DNA of 64,000 bases from an uncultured Eubacteriales bacterium (GTDB taxonomy: Bacteria; Actinomycetota; Coriobacteriia; Anaerosomatales; PHET01). Positions 30,920-40,499 of the stretch are shown here, piece by piece; the first letter of the stretch is position 1, and the number at the start of each line of letters is the position of its first letter. The stretch spans positions 4,209 through 68,208 of the forward strand of contig CAYOHY010000001.1 in NCBI GenBank assembly GCA_964403885.1, given 5' to 3'. Both the position numbers and the translations under genes were made by a program. Under the pieces are notes generated by a model. The model saw only the letters and a list, made by a program, of their open reading frames with translations, made no database searches and was not told the DNA's origin.

Positions 30920-33082
30920 GTGTTCGATCTTCTCGGCACCGCGTTCGCAGCTCTGATCTACGTCGCTTTGGCGTTGGTCGTGCTCGCGTTCCTGTTGTGG
31001 CTCGTGGGCTTTCGCATCATCCGAAGCGACCGGGTGGGCATCGTCACCAAGTGGTGGAGCCCGCGAGGCTCGCTCAAGAGCCAGATCATCGCTCTCAAGG
31101 GCGAGGCCGGCTACCAGCCTGACGTGCTGCGAGGCGGTGTGCACTTCCGCACGCCGCTGATGTATCGCGTTCACGTCATGCCGCTCGTGACGATCCCGCA
31201 GGGCGAGATCGGCTACGTGTTCGCCCGCGACGGATCGCCGCTGCCGGCACAGCAGACGTTGGGACGCGTCGTGGGGGGCAATGCGTTCCAAGACGTGCGC
31301 GGCTTCCTCGAGAGCGAGGGTCAGCGTGGTCCCCAGCGCCAGATCCTGCGTGAAGGTACCTACGCGTTCAACCTGGCTCAGTTCGTCATCATCACCAAGA
31401 GCAAGGTCTTCTATCTCCCCATGGGCGACCCGGTCGAGGACGCCACCATCCAGAACATGGCGAGCTATCTGGGTTCGCTCGGCGGTTTCGACCCCGTGGT
31501 CATCCGCGGCCACGACGACAAGACCGGCATCGTGACGGTCCATGACGGACCCTCGCTGCCGATGGGCGACATCATCGCCCCGGCTGTGGGCGACAAGCCG
31601 GGTGACCCCCACTACCACAACAACTTCCAAGACCCCGAGATGTTCCTCGCGGGCGGCGGCTTCCGCGGCCGTCAGTTCCAGGTGCTGACCGAGGGCACGT
31701 ACTTCATCAACCGCTTGTTCGCGACGGTCGAGCTCATCGACAAGGTCGTGGTACCCGTGGGCTACGCGGGCGTGGTCGTGAGCTACATCGGGCCCAAGGG
31801 CACCGACATCTCCGGTGAGGAGTACCGCCACGGCGAGCTTGTGGCTCCGGGTAACCGGGGCGTGTGGAACGAGGCGCTGCTGCCGGGCAAGTTCGCGTTC
31901 AACACCTACGCCGGCACGATCATCATGGTGCCCACCACCAACATCATCTTGAAGTGGATCGCGACCGAGGTGGGTTCGCACACCTACGACGAGAACCTCT
32001 CAGAGGTCGAGCTCATCACCAAGGATGCGTTCGAGCCGCGTCTGCCGCTGTCGGTGGTGATCCACATCGACTACAAGAAGGCGCCGCTCGTCATCCAGCG
32101 CTTCGGTGACATCAAGATGCTCGTCAACCAGACGCTCGACCCCATGGTCTCGGCGTACTTCAAGAACATCGGCCAGACCAAGACGATCATCGAGCTCATC
32201 CAGCAGCGCTCGGACATCCAGAAGCAGTCCAGCGTGGATATGAAGGAGAAGTTCGACCACTACAACCTCGAACTCGAAGAGGTGCTGATCGGTACGCCGC
32301 GCTCACCGCAAGGCGACGACAAGATCGAGCAGATCCTCACCCAGCTGCGAGATCGCCAGGTCGCGTTCGAGAAGCTCGAGACGTTCGAGAAGCAGCGCGT
32401 CGCCGCCGACAAGGAGCGCGAGCTCAAAGAAGCGCTGGCGATCGCCGAGCAGCAGACGATGCTCACCCAGTCAGAGATCAACATCAAGGTCCAGGAGAAC
32501 ACCGGTCGAGCCGAGCTCCAGCGAGCCGCCCAGGACGCCGACCGTGTCCGTACGCTCGCCAAGGCCGACGCGGACCGCGTCAAGACGCTCGCCGGTGGTG
32601 ACGCCGAGCGCGTCAAGCTGCTTGCCGAGGCCGACGCCAAGAAGGTCAAGCTCATGGGTGAGGCAGACGCCTTGCGCGTCAAGCTCATCGCCGAAGCCGA
32701 TGCCGAGAAGGAAGCACGCGTGGGTATCGGTAAGGCCATCGCGATCGACGAGCAGGTCAAGGCGTACGGTGGCCCGCAGCTCCAGCTTATCCAGGAAGTG
32801 ATGAGCCGCTTGGCGACCGCGATCGAGGTCTCCAAGGTCCCGATCGTTCCCAGCACCGTGGTGTCGATGGGAGGCGAGGGTGAGGATGGCGGTTCGAACA
32901 CGAACGCGTTCAACCTGCTCATGACCCTTCTCGCCACCGACAAGCTCACCGGCCTCACGGACGCGAAGCCCGCGCCCGTCACCGAGGAACAGGTGCAGAT
33001 GGTCAGTGCGATCAAGTCGCAGATGCGCGACGCGATGGCGACGCCCGCCGTCGAGCTGCCTGCCGAGGAGCCTAAGCCGTAG
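30920..33082 (+). CDS. Flotillin-like SPFH/Band-7 family protein with long Ala/Glu/Lys coiled-coil repeat region
   Basis: N-terminal TM hairpin (IYVALALVVLAFLLWLVGF), SPFH domain, then tandem AEADAxxVKL-type repeats. 720 aa. Confidence 0.75.
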   Translation: MFDLLGTAFAALIYVALALVVLAFLLWLVGFRIIRSDRVGIVTKWWSPRGSLKSQIIALKGEAGYQPDVLRGGVHFRTPLMYRVHVMPLVTIPQGEIGYVFARDGSPLPAQQTLGRVVGGNAFQDVRGFLESEGQRGPQRQILREGTYAFNLAQFVIITKSKVFYLPMGDPVEDATIQNMASYLGSLGGFDPVVIRGHDDKTGIVTVHDGPSLPMGDIIAPAVGDKPGDPHYHNNFQDPEMFLAGGGFRGRQFQVLTEGTYFINRLFATVELIDKVVVPVGYAGVVVSYIGPKGTDISGEEYRHGELVAPGNRGVWNEALLPGKFAFNTYAGTIIMVPTTNIILKWIATEVGSHTYDENLSEVELITKDAFEPRLPLSVVIHIDYKKAPLVIQRFGDIKMLVNQTLDPMVSAYFKNIGQTKTIIELIQQRSDIQKQSSVDMKEKFDHYNLELEEVLIGTPRSPQGDDKIEQILTQLRDRQVAFEKLETFEKQRVAADKERELKEALAIAEQQTMLTQSEINIKVQENTGRAELQRAAQDADRVRTLAKADADRVKTLAGGDAERVKLLAEADAKKVKLMGEADALRVKLIAEADAEKEARVGIGKAIAIDEQVKAYGGPQLQLIQEVMSRLATAIEVSKVPIVPSTVVSMGGEGEDGGSNTNAFNLLMTLLATDKLTGLTDAKPAPVTEEQVQMVSAIKSQMRDAMATPAVELPAEEPKP

Positions 33083-33111
33083 TCTCCCTGTGCATGACCG
33101 GTCACGAGCCA

Positions 33112-33145
33112 GAGGCCGCCCCTGTGTGGGGCGGCCTCTTTCGCT
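33112..33145 (+). terminator. Intrinsic terminator after the flotillin gene
   Basis: Perfect 11-bp stem GAGGCCGCCCC-tgtgt-GGGGCGGCCTC followed by TTTCGCTATC. Confidence 0.6.
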
Positions 33146-33156
33146 ATCATCGAGGC

Positions 33157-34062
33157 GTGAGACTCTACGTGGATGAGTATCTGGGTCACCTCTCCGTCGA
33201 GCGCGGAGCGTCGCCGAACACCCTGGCGGCGTACCGCCGCGACCTGACCGCCTATGCGGAGTTCCTTCAGGCGCGCGGTGTGCCCGGAATCGACGACGTG
33301 AGGCGCGAGGATGTGACCGCCTTCATCGGCGCGCTACGGGAACGCGGCCTGGCCCCCAGTTCCGTCGAGCGCAAAGTGGCCGCGGTCAAGGGTTTCCACA
33401 AGTACCTTGTCCGAGAGGGCATCACCGCCAATCACCCCACCGCTCACCTCCCGTTGCCCAAGGTGCCGGAGCGTCTCCCGGATGTGGTGAGTGTGGCCGA
33501 CATCGACCGTATGCTCGCGCAACCATTCCCTGATGGCCCCGTGGGTCTGCGCGACCGAGCGATCCTCGAAGTGCTGTACGGGTGCGGACTGCGCGTGAGT
33601 GAGCTCACCGGGCTCGACACGACCGATCTCGCACTCGAGGAGGGCTTCATCCGGGTGTTCGGCAAGGGGAGCAAGGAGCGGTTGGTGCCCATCGGCGGCG
33701 TTGCGAGTACTGCGCTCGATGCCTATCTGCGCGCAGGGCGGCGGCTCATGCGCTCGCGCCGCTCGCTCGGCTCGGATGAATCAGCCGTGTTCCTCAACGG
33801 TCGAGGCACGCGGCTGTCGCGACAGTCTGTTTTCGCCCTTGTTCGCACGTACGGGGGGCGCGTCGGGCTCGAGGGGCTGCACCCTCACACCCTGCGCCAC
33901 TCCTTCGCGACCCATATGTTGGAGGGGGGAGCGGACCTTCGGGCGCTCCAGGAGATGCTTGGTCACGCAGATATTTCCACGACTCAGGTCTACACGCACG
34001 TAGACCGCAGGCATATTCGGGAAGAATACCTATCGACGCACCCGCGCGCGCGGGTGCGGTAG
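33157..34062 (+). CDS. xerD: Tyrosine recombinase XerD
   Basis: LSVERGASPNTLAAYRRDL and the C-terminal catalytic R..HxxR..Y region (LRHSFATHML… TQVYTHV). Start placed at a GTG downstream of the terminator hairpin; 33169 and 33094 are alternatives. Confidence 0.8.
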   Translation: MRLYVDEYLGHLSVERGASPNTLAAYRRDLTAYAEFLQARGVPGIDDVRREDVTAFIGALRERGLAPSSVERKVAAVKGFHKYLVREGITANHPTAHLPLPKVPERLPDVVSVADIDRMLAQPFPDGPVGLRDRAILEVLYGCGLRVSELTGLDTTDLALEEGFIRVFGKGSKERLVPIGGVASTALDAYLRAGRRLMRSRRSLGSDESAVFLNGRGTRLSRQSVFALVRTYGGRVGLEGLHPHTLRHSFATHMLEGGADLRALQEMLGHADISTTQVYTHVDRRHIREEYLSTHPRARVR

Positions 34063-34174
34063 GACTGTGCCCGCCAGTGGGGCGGCACCCCGGCCAATGG
34101 GGCGGACTTCTTTGTACTATGTGGTCTAGAATGCATAGAGAAGACCGTCCCATGTATAGAGGAGGGAGATCTCT

Positions 34175-35242
34175 GTGAGATCGAAGTGGGGAAAGCTCGT
34201 CGCAGTACTGCTGGCGGCCAGCATGGTCGCCGCCCTGTCAGTGGGTTGCGCCAAGAAGGCCGCTGAGCCGACCAAGCCCGCCGAGGCGCCCAAGACCGAC
34301 GTCAAGGCCGCCATGGTCACCGACGTAGGTGGTCTGGGCGACAAGTCGTTCAACGACCTGTCGTACGAGGGCCTGAAGCGCGCCCAGAGCGAGCTCGGCG
34401 TCGAGGTCAAGGTTCTTGAGTCCAAGGAGCCCACGGACTACGAGAGCAACATCAATCAGCTGGCCACCGCCGGCTACAACCCGATCTTCGCGGTCGGCTT
34501 CCTGATGACCGACACCGTGAAGAAGGTCGCTCCCCAGTTCGCTGACGTCACGTTCGGCGGCATCGATATCTTCTTCGATCCGATCGACCCCAACGTCATC
34601 GGTCTGAACTTCAAGGAGCAGGAGGCCGGCTACCTTGCGGGCGTCGTCGCAGGCAAGCTCACGACGATGAAGGACGTCGATCCTCGCATCAACGACAAGA
34701 AGGTCGTCGGCTTCGTGGGCGGCATGGAGATCCCGCCGGTCCAGAAGTTCGAGGCTGGCTTCATCGCGGGCGTCAAGTCCGTCGATCCCAGCGTCGAGGT
34801 GAAGAGCATCTACACCGGTACCTTCACGGATCAGCAGAAGGGTATCGAGGCCGGCAAGAACCTCATCGAGGGTGGCGCCGACATCATCTTCGCCGCGGCC
34901 GGTTCGACCGGTAACGGTACCGCGAAGGCATGCAAGGACAGCAAGGCGCTGTTCATCGGCGTCGACGCCGACCAGTACAACACCATCGAGGGTATCGGCG
35001 ACACCATCCTGACCTCGGCCATCAAGCGCGTGGACAACGCGGTGTTCCTCACCGTCAAGTCCCAGGTCGACGGCAACCTCAAGGCCGGCGAGAACAAGGT
35101 CTTCGGCCTCGCCGAGGATGGCGTGGGTCTCGCCCCGTATCACGACTGGGAGTCCAAGATGCCGCAGGAGGTCAAGGACGCCGTTCAGAAGGCGACCGAT
35201 GACATCAAGGCCGGCACCGTCACGGTTCCCGAGAGCAAGTAG
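34175..35242 (+). CDS. BMP-family (PnrA-like) ABC transporter substrate-binding lipoprotein
   Basis: Lipoprotein signal peptide (LSVGCAK) and a basic-membrane-protein fold sequence. GGAGGGAG RBS with GTG start. Confidence 0.85.
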   Translation: MRSKWGKLVAVLLAASMVAALSVGCAKKAAEPTKPAEAPKTDVKAAMVTDVGGLGDKSFNDLSYEGLKRAQSELGVEVKVLESKEPTDYESNINQLATAGYNPIFAVGFLMTDTVKKVAPQFADVTFGGIDIFFDPIDPNVIGLNFKEQEAGYLAGVVAGKLTTMKDVDPRINDKKVVGFVGGMEIPPVQKFEAGFIAGVKSVDPSVEVKSIYTGTFTDQQKGIEAGKNLIEGGADIIFAAAGSTGNGTAKACKDSKALFIGVDADQYNTIEGIGDTILTSAIKRVDNAVFLTVKSQVDGNLKAGENKVFGLAEDGVGLAPYHDWESKMPQEVKDAVQKATDDIKAGTVTVPESK

Positions 35243-35259
35243 TACGAGCGCAGCTGTCA

Positions 35260-35300
35260 CGAACGGCTCGGCGGGACGAGAGTGCCCGTCGAGCCGTTCG
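35260..35300 (+). other. Intercistronic stem-loop (11-bp perfect stem CGAACGGCTCG / CGAGCCGTTCG) between the SBP and ATPase genes
   Basis: Seen directly. The 19-nt loop has internal complementarity. No U-tract follows. Confidence 0.45.
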
Positions 35301-35329
35301 ACAGCGACAGTCACACGACAGGAGCACCG

Positions 35330-36934
35330 ATGCCTGCTGATCCTAAGACCGCTCGCGACGTGTCCGCCCACGGCAGTGGCGGTGCTCCCGTTCTCGAGTT
35401 GAGACACATCACGAAACGATTCCCCGGAGTCCTCGCCAACGAAGACGTCTCGATCGACGTCGCGGCCGGCGAGGTTCTTGCGCTTCTGGGCGAGAACGGA
35501 GCGGGGAAGTCCACGCTCATGAACGTCGCCTACGGCCTGCTTGCCGCTGATGGGGGCGAGATCGTCGTAGACGGCGAAGTTGTCGACATCCGAGCGCCAC
35601 GCGACGCGATCGCGCTGCGTATCGGTATGGTGCACCAGCACTTCATGCTCGTGGAACCGCTCACGGTGACCGAGAACATCGTTCTCGGCATGGAGCCGGT
35701 CAGCGCCGGGGGAGTCGTCGACCGCAAGGCGGCACGTGCGCGCGTTGTCGAGCTGTCCGCGCGCTACGGGCTCAAGGTCGATCCGGACGCTCGCGTCATG
35801 GATCTGTCCGTGGGAATGCAGCAGCGCGTCGAGATCCTCAAGGCGCTCTTCCGTGACGCACGGATCCTCATCCTCGATGAGCCCACCGCTGTGCTGACGC
35901 CGCAGGAGGTCAAGGAGCTCTTCGAGATCGTGAGCGAGCTCGTCGATCAGGGTCTCGCGGTGGTGATCATCACCCACAAGCTCGACGAGGTCATGGCGTT
36001 CGCGGATCGCATCGTGGTCATGCGGGCGGGCAGGGTCGTGGGTGAGACCACGCCGTCACGCAGCTCCGAGGAGGACCTCGCACGCATGATGGTCGGGCGC
36101 GACGTGGTGCTTCGAGTGGAGAAGGCGCCTGCCACCATCGGCGAGGTGGTGCTCGACGTCGAGGGTCTGCGCGTCATGGACGATCGCAAGCTCGAGGCGC
36201 TTCGCGGGGTGTCGCTCAAGGTGCACGAGGGCGAGATCGTCGGAATCGCGGGCGTAGACGGCAACGGCCAGAACGAGCTCATCGAGGCGATCGTAGGGCT
36301 ACGGCGTCCCATCGCGGGAACGGTCAAGCTCCGAGGCCGAGACATCACCCACGACGACCCGCGCAAGACGATCGAGGCGGGAGTGTCACACGTGCCCGCG
36401 GATCGGCACAGGCGGGGCCTTGTCCTCGACTTCGACCTGATCGAGAACATCATGCTGGGCGACCAGCACGCGCCGCAGTTCTCCAAGCGCGGCATCCTCG
36501 ACCGCGCCGCGATGGACAGGGTCGCACGCGAGCGTATCGCTGACTACGACGTCCGGACACCCAACGCGAGTGTCGCTGCCGCGAACCTGTCGGGTGGCAA
36601 TCAGCAGAAGCTGGTCCTCGCGCGCGAGCTCGGGCGCAACCCGGAGCTGTTGATCGCTGCACAGCCCACGCGAGGCCTTGACGTGGGCGCCATCGAGTTC
36701 GTCCATCGTCGGATCCTCGCCGAGCGTGACGCCGGCAAGGCCGTCTTGCTGGTGAGCATGGAACTCGAAGAGGTGTTGTCACTGTCGGATCGCATCCTCG
36801 TGATGTATGAGGGACGCGTCGTGGCGGAGTTCGAAGGGGGCTCGGTGGGCGAGGAGCAGCTCGGCTACTACATGACAGGCGGCGGCGAGAAGTCGGCGCA
36901 GGATACGGCCGCGACGGAGGCCGCAGATGCCTGA
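35330..36934 (+). CDS. ABC transporter ATP-binding protein (duplicated ATPase, nucleoside/sugar type)
   Basis: Two Walker A motifs (GENGAGKST; GVDGNGQNE) and two LSGG signature motifs. Start at the ATG after ACAGGAG. Confidence 0.85.
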   Translation: MPADPKTARDVSAHGSGGAPVLELRHITKRFPGVLANEDVSIDVAAGEVLALLGENGAGKSTLMNVAYGLLAADGGEIVVDGEVVDIRAPRDAIALRIGMVHQHFMLVEPLTVTENIVLGMEPVSAGGVVDRKAARARVVELSARYGLKVDPDARVMDLSVGMQQRVEILKALFRDARILILDEPTAVLTPQEVKELFEIVSELVDQGLAVVIITHKLDEVMAFADRIVVMRAGRVVGETTPSRSSEEDLARMMVGRDVVLRVEKAPATIGEVVLDVEGLRVMDDRKLEALRGVSLKVHEGEIVGIAGVDGNGQNELIEAIVGLRRPIAGTVKLRGRDITHDDPRKTIEAGVSHVPADRHRRGLVLDFDLIENIMLGDQHAPQFSKRGILDRAAMDRVARERIADYDVRTPNASVAAANLSGGNQQKLVLARELGRNPELLIAAQPTRGLDVGAIEFVHRRILAERDAGKAVLLVSMELEEVLSLSDRILVMYEGRVVAEFEGGSVGEEQLGYYMTGGGEKSAQDTAATEAADA

Positions 36935-38105
36935 CGATCCCGTCAAGGAAGGGCGCGCTCAGACAGCCGCCGAGCGCGACCTGGCAGCCGATATCGCAGA
37001 ACGCGAGGCCGCCGAGAAGCGGTTCGTGCTCGAGCAGCAGGGCATCGAGCGGGCGATTCGCATAGCCACCCCGTTCGTCTCGGTGGCCATCGCGATGTTG
37101 ATCGGCTCGGTCATCATCCTGCTCTCCGGCAAGAGTCCCATCGCAGCGTATTCGGCGATGATCACGGGCGCCTTTGGCGGACCGCGTCAGATAGGGGAGA
37201 CGCTCCTGCGGGCGACGCCGCTCATCTTCACCGGTCTTGCGGTCGCCTACGGCTTTCGTGCCGGGCTGTTCAACATCGGCGCCGAGGGGCAGCTGTTCCT
37301 GGGAGGTCTTGCCGCCGCGTTCGTCGGCGTGAAGCTCGGAGGGATGCCGTGGGCTGTGTCGGTCCCGCTGGCCGTCCTCAGCGCGGCGCTCGCAGGCGCC
37401 GCTTGGGCCTTCATCCCGGCGGTGATGAAGGCGCGAATCGGCGCGCATGAGGTCATCACGACGATGATGTTCACCTACATAGGCCGCTACCTGGTCTCAT
37501 GGGTCATCAACGGCCCGTTCAAGGACAAGGGTGCGATTCCGCAGACCCCAGAGCTTCCGGTGGCCAGCCAGCTTCCGCGAATCTCCGACATCCTGCCCTT
37601 CGTGGGGCAGAACAGAGCGCACCTGGGAATCGTGCTGGGTGTGCTTGTCGCGGTGTTCGTGTGGTGGATCTTGCGCTACACCGTCATGGGCTATGAGGCC
37701 CGGGCGGTCGGGTTCAACCCCAACGCGTCGGAGACGGGCGGTGTGTCGGTCTCGTCGACGATCATCAAGTCCCTGTGCTTCTCCGGCGCACTGGCCGGTC
37801 TCGCGGGGGCCGTCGAGGTCATGGGCGTGCACCACCGGCTGTTCGACCAGTTCTCCTCGGGGTTCGGCTTCACCGGTATCGCGGTCGCACTCCTCGCCAA
37901 GAACAACCCCATCGGCGTTCTTGCGGCTGCGGTGCTGTTCGGTTCACTGTCGGCAGGCGCAGGCACCATGCAGCTGGAAGCGGACGTGAGCCAGAAGGTC
38001 ATCACGATCATCCAGGGCATCATCATCTTCCTTGTGGGAGCTGAGACCATCGTCACGTGGGTTGTTGCCAAGGCCCGTAAGAGGAAGGGGGCGACCGGTG
38101 CTTAA
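36927..38105 (+). CDS. ABC transporter permease (BMP-system, first)
   Basis: Polytopic membrane protein. 8-nt overlap with the ATPase gene. Confidence 0.8.
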   Translation: MPDDPVKEGRAQTAAERDLAADIAEREAAEKRFVLEQQGIERAIRIATPFVSVAIAMLIGSVIILLSGKSPIAAYSAMITGAFGGPRQIGETLLRATPLIFTGLAVAYGFRAGLFNIGAEGQLFLGGLAAAFVGVKLGGMPWAVSVPLAVLSAALAGAAWAFIPAVMKARIGAHEVITTMMFTYIGRYLVSWVINGPFKDKGAIPQTPELPVASQLPRISDILPFVGQNRAHLGIVLGVLVAVFVWWILRYTVMGYEARAVGFNPNASETGGVSVSSTIIKSLCFSGALAGLAGAVEVMGVHHRLFDQFSSGFGFTGIAVALLAKNNPIGVLAAAVLFGSLSAGAGTMQLEADVSQKVITIIQGIIIFLVGAETIVTWVVAKARKRKGATGA

Positions 38106-39054
38106 GGAGATCCTCACGCCGGAGTTGTTCGCCTCGGCAGTCCGTCTCGCCACACCCATCGCGCTCGCGTCGGTGGGTGCGGCCATCTGTGAACGCTCGG
38201 GCGTGGTCAACATCGCCATGGAAGGCCTCATGCTCGTGGCGTCTTTCGCAGGCGTCGCTGTCGCATTGGCCACCGGCAGCACCTGGCTCGGCGTCTTGGG
38301 CGCCGTGCTGGCCGCCGTCGTCTTCGTGTCGCTTCATGCGTGGGCGTCCATCAACTTGCGCTCCGACCAAGTGATCTCCGGCACGGCGATCAACATCCTC
38401 GCGCTGGGCATCACCGGATTCCTGATGGAGACGCTCTACGGTCACCCGGGAACCACCGATCCGGTGGAGACCATCAGGCCGCTGTTCGACTTCCCGACAG
38501 GCGGCCCCGGCGTCATGGGCACTGTGTGGACGTGGATCGACACGGTGTTTCTCAGCTACACGCCCATCGTCTACCTGGGGATCATCTCGGCTATCGGGCT
38601 CACGTGGATGATGTATCGGACGCGGTGGGGCTTGCGCCTGCGGGCGCTGGGCGAGCATCCGCGCGCGGCTGACACCGTGGGCGTGAACGTGCTCAGGGGC
38701 CGTTGGGTCGCGGTGCTGATCTCAGGGGTGATGAGCGGGCTCGCCGGTGCGAACCTGACGCTCGAACAGGTGGGTTCCTTCACCGAAGGCATGACCAACG
38801 GGCGAGGGTTCATCGCGCTTGCGGCGAACATCTTCGGCCGCTGGGTGCCGGGGGGCGCGTACTTGGCGTCGCTGTTGTTCGGCTTCGCAGACGCCCTTCA
38901 GCTCAAGCTGCAGCTGTTCAGCGACGTCATCAAGATCCCCGCGCAGTTCTTCCTGATGCTCCCGTACCTGCTGACCGTCATCGTCTTGGCGGGCGTGGTG
39001 GGCAAGGCTGTCGCACCGGCTGCGGTGGGCAAGCCCTACAAGGAGAAGGGCTAG
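38098..39054 (+). CDS. ABC transporter permease (BMP-system, second)
   Basis: Polytopic membrane protein. GTG start overlaps the upstream stop (GTGCTTAA). Confidence 0.8.
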   Translation: MLKEILTPELFASAVRLATPIALASVGAAICERSGVVNIAMEGLMLVASFAGVAVALATGSTWLGVLGAVLAAVVFVSLHAWASINLRSDQVISGTAINILALGITGFLMETLYGHPGTTDPVETIRPLFDFPTGGPGVMGTVWTWIDTVFLSYTPIVYLGIISAIGLTWMMYRTRWGLRLRALGEHPRAADTVGVNVLRGRWVAVLISGVMSGLAGANLTLEQVGSFTEGMTNGRGFIALAANIFGRWVPGGAYLASLLFGFADALQLKLQLFSDVIKIPAQFFLMLPYLLTVIVLAGVVGKAVAPAAVGKPYKEKG

Positions 39055-39222
39055 CAGGCGTTGGCGGCTCGCAGGCCGTTCTCGCTTGTGCGCTCAGCTG
39101 GCTGGTCGTTGACGTGGGCCGGAGGCGCCGCCATCGGAGTGGCCCTGGGCGCCTACCTCACCGCAGTCAGCGGCAACGGTGCTCCGGGCCCTGCCTCGCT
39201 CGACCGGGTCGAGCTGGTGGTG

Positions 39223-39483
39223 CTACCGCTGCTCGTCGGTCTCGCCGTCTTCGTCGTCTCGCTCGTGGGGCGCATCGTCTTCGCGTATCTCGCGCGTGAT
39301 GATCGCCCTCGTGATGGCGACGAACGCGAGGGCGATCAGGATGGTCGCGCCCGCGACGGCGTCGTCGGGTAGGTCTGGCGAGAAGTCGCCGCCGCGCAAG
39401 ACCACAGACCGGAAGATATAGGCGGCGCCCACGACGGCGAGCGCCACCCACAACGGCATACGGAAGCGAGGGCGAGGAATCAC
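39223..39483 (-). CDS. Small membrane protein (86 aa, 2 TM, acidic C-terminal tail)
   Basis: ATG overlaps the stop of the upstream DUF4349 gene (ATGA coupling). Preferred over the antisense + ORF 39061..39372. Confidence 0.45.
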   Translation of the reverse strand: MIPRPRFRMPLWVALAVVGAAYIFRSVVLRGGDFSPDLPDDAVAGATILIALAFVAITRAIITREIREDDAPHERDDEDGETDEQR

Positions 39484-40478
39484 TCGGTCTCGCTTTCTTC
39501 ATCTCGCGCGCGGTGAGCGGCCCGACGACGCATCAAGGCTCGGACAGGCAACGCGATCACGGCGACGAGCACAGCGATCAGGGCGAGCGGGATCGAGACG
39601 GTGATCAGAGTGGTGATCACGCTCGCTGCCGCCTGGATGCCACGGGTGAGCGCTTCGCGCAGCCCCCACGTGGGACCCGACGGCTCGATGACCGGACCGG
39701 GTTCGCTCAGGGTCACCGTCAGAGTCGCCCGAGCAGCCTGACGCTTGAGGTAGGTCAGCTGGGCGTCCATCGATTCGATCTCTCCGCGCACGCGTGCGAG
39801 CTCGCGCTCCACGAGCAGGAGGTCGGACACCTTGTTGGTCTGTCGCAGGAACGAGCGCAACCTCAACTCCTCGGCGCGCAGGGTCTTGAGGCGCGCATCG
39901 AGATCGATGGCCTGCTCGGTCACGTCGCTTGCGCTCGCGCTTTGGGTGACCACGACACCCAGGGAAGCGACATCGTCGATGAGTGAGTCCAGGTTGGCGG
40001 CCGGGACACGGATGGTGGCGAACGCACTGGAGGGGCCTTGCGCCGAGGACGCGGTGCCGTCAGCCAGTGGCACGGGCATCGAGCCGCCGGCCGACATCGT
40101 GAGATCTGTGACCTCGCCATCCGCCCGGCGCACCGCCGTCTTCAGATCGCGCAGTGCCGCATCAACCGCCTTGACGCGCACCTCCATGGCGGCGTTTCGA
40201 ATGACGAGCTTCTCGCCTGATGCGGTGGGCTGGGCGGCCGTCTCGGGCGCTGCCACCGACTTCAGCTGGTCAGGGCTCGGAGCCGCCGCCTGTGGGGCTG
40301 CGCCGCCGTAGCTCATGCTGCTCGAATCCGCGACGCCGTCCGCCGTGCGAACAGCGCCCGTGCCGCCTGAGCTCAGCGCTGACTGCGACTGTTGCCCAAG
40401 CGCATAGCCGATGGTTGCCACGACGAGCGCGCTCACGGTCAACGCTGCGGCGATTCCCCACATCCGCTTCCTGCTCAC
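39480..40478 (-). CDS. DUF4349-like membrane-anchored coiled-coil protein
   Basis: N-terminal TM, low-complexity linker, coiled-coil domain (…TLTVTLSEPG…) and a C-terminal TM. GTG start 6 nt after GAGGAG. Confidence 0.6.
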   Translation of the reverse strand: MSRKRMWGIAAALTVSALVVATIGYALGQQSQSALSSGGTGAVRTADGVADSSSMSYGGAAPQAAAPSPDQLKSVAAPETAAQPTASGEKLVIRNAAMEVRVKAVDAALRDLKTAVRRADGEVTDLTMSAGGSMPVPLADGTASSAQGPSSAFATIRVPAANLDSLIDDVASLGVVVTQSASASDVTEQAIDLDARLKTLRAEELRLRSFLRQTNKVSDLLLVERELARVRGEIESMDAQLTYLKRQAARATLTVTLSEPGPVIEPSGPTWGLREALTRGIQAAASVITTLITVSIPLALIAVLVAVIALPVRALMRRRAAHRARDEESETE

Positions 40479-40499
40479 GGTGAACTCCTCTCCTGGGCG

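Noticed and set aside
33094-33156. xerD start at ATG 33094.
   Set aside because: The segment contains a perfect 11-bp terminator hairpin with T-run for the upstream flotillin gene, so a downstream GTG start is preferred. It is not excluded, as noted in the findings.
39061-39372. 103-aa plus-strand ORF downstream of the second permease.
   Set aside because: It overlaps the better-supported minus-strand 86-aa gene (ATGA-coupled to the DUF4349 gene). It is kept as an open ambiguity in the findings rather than as a feature.
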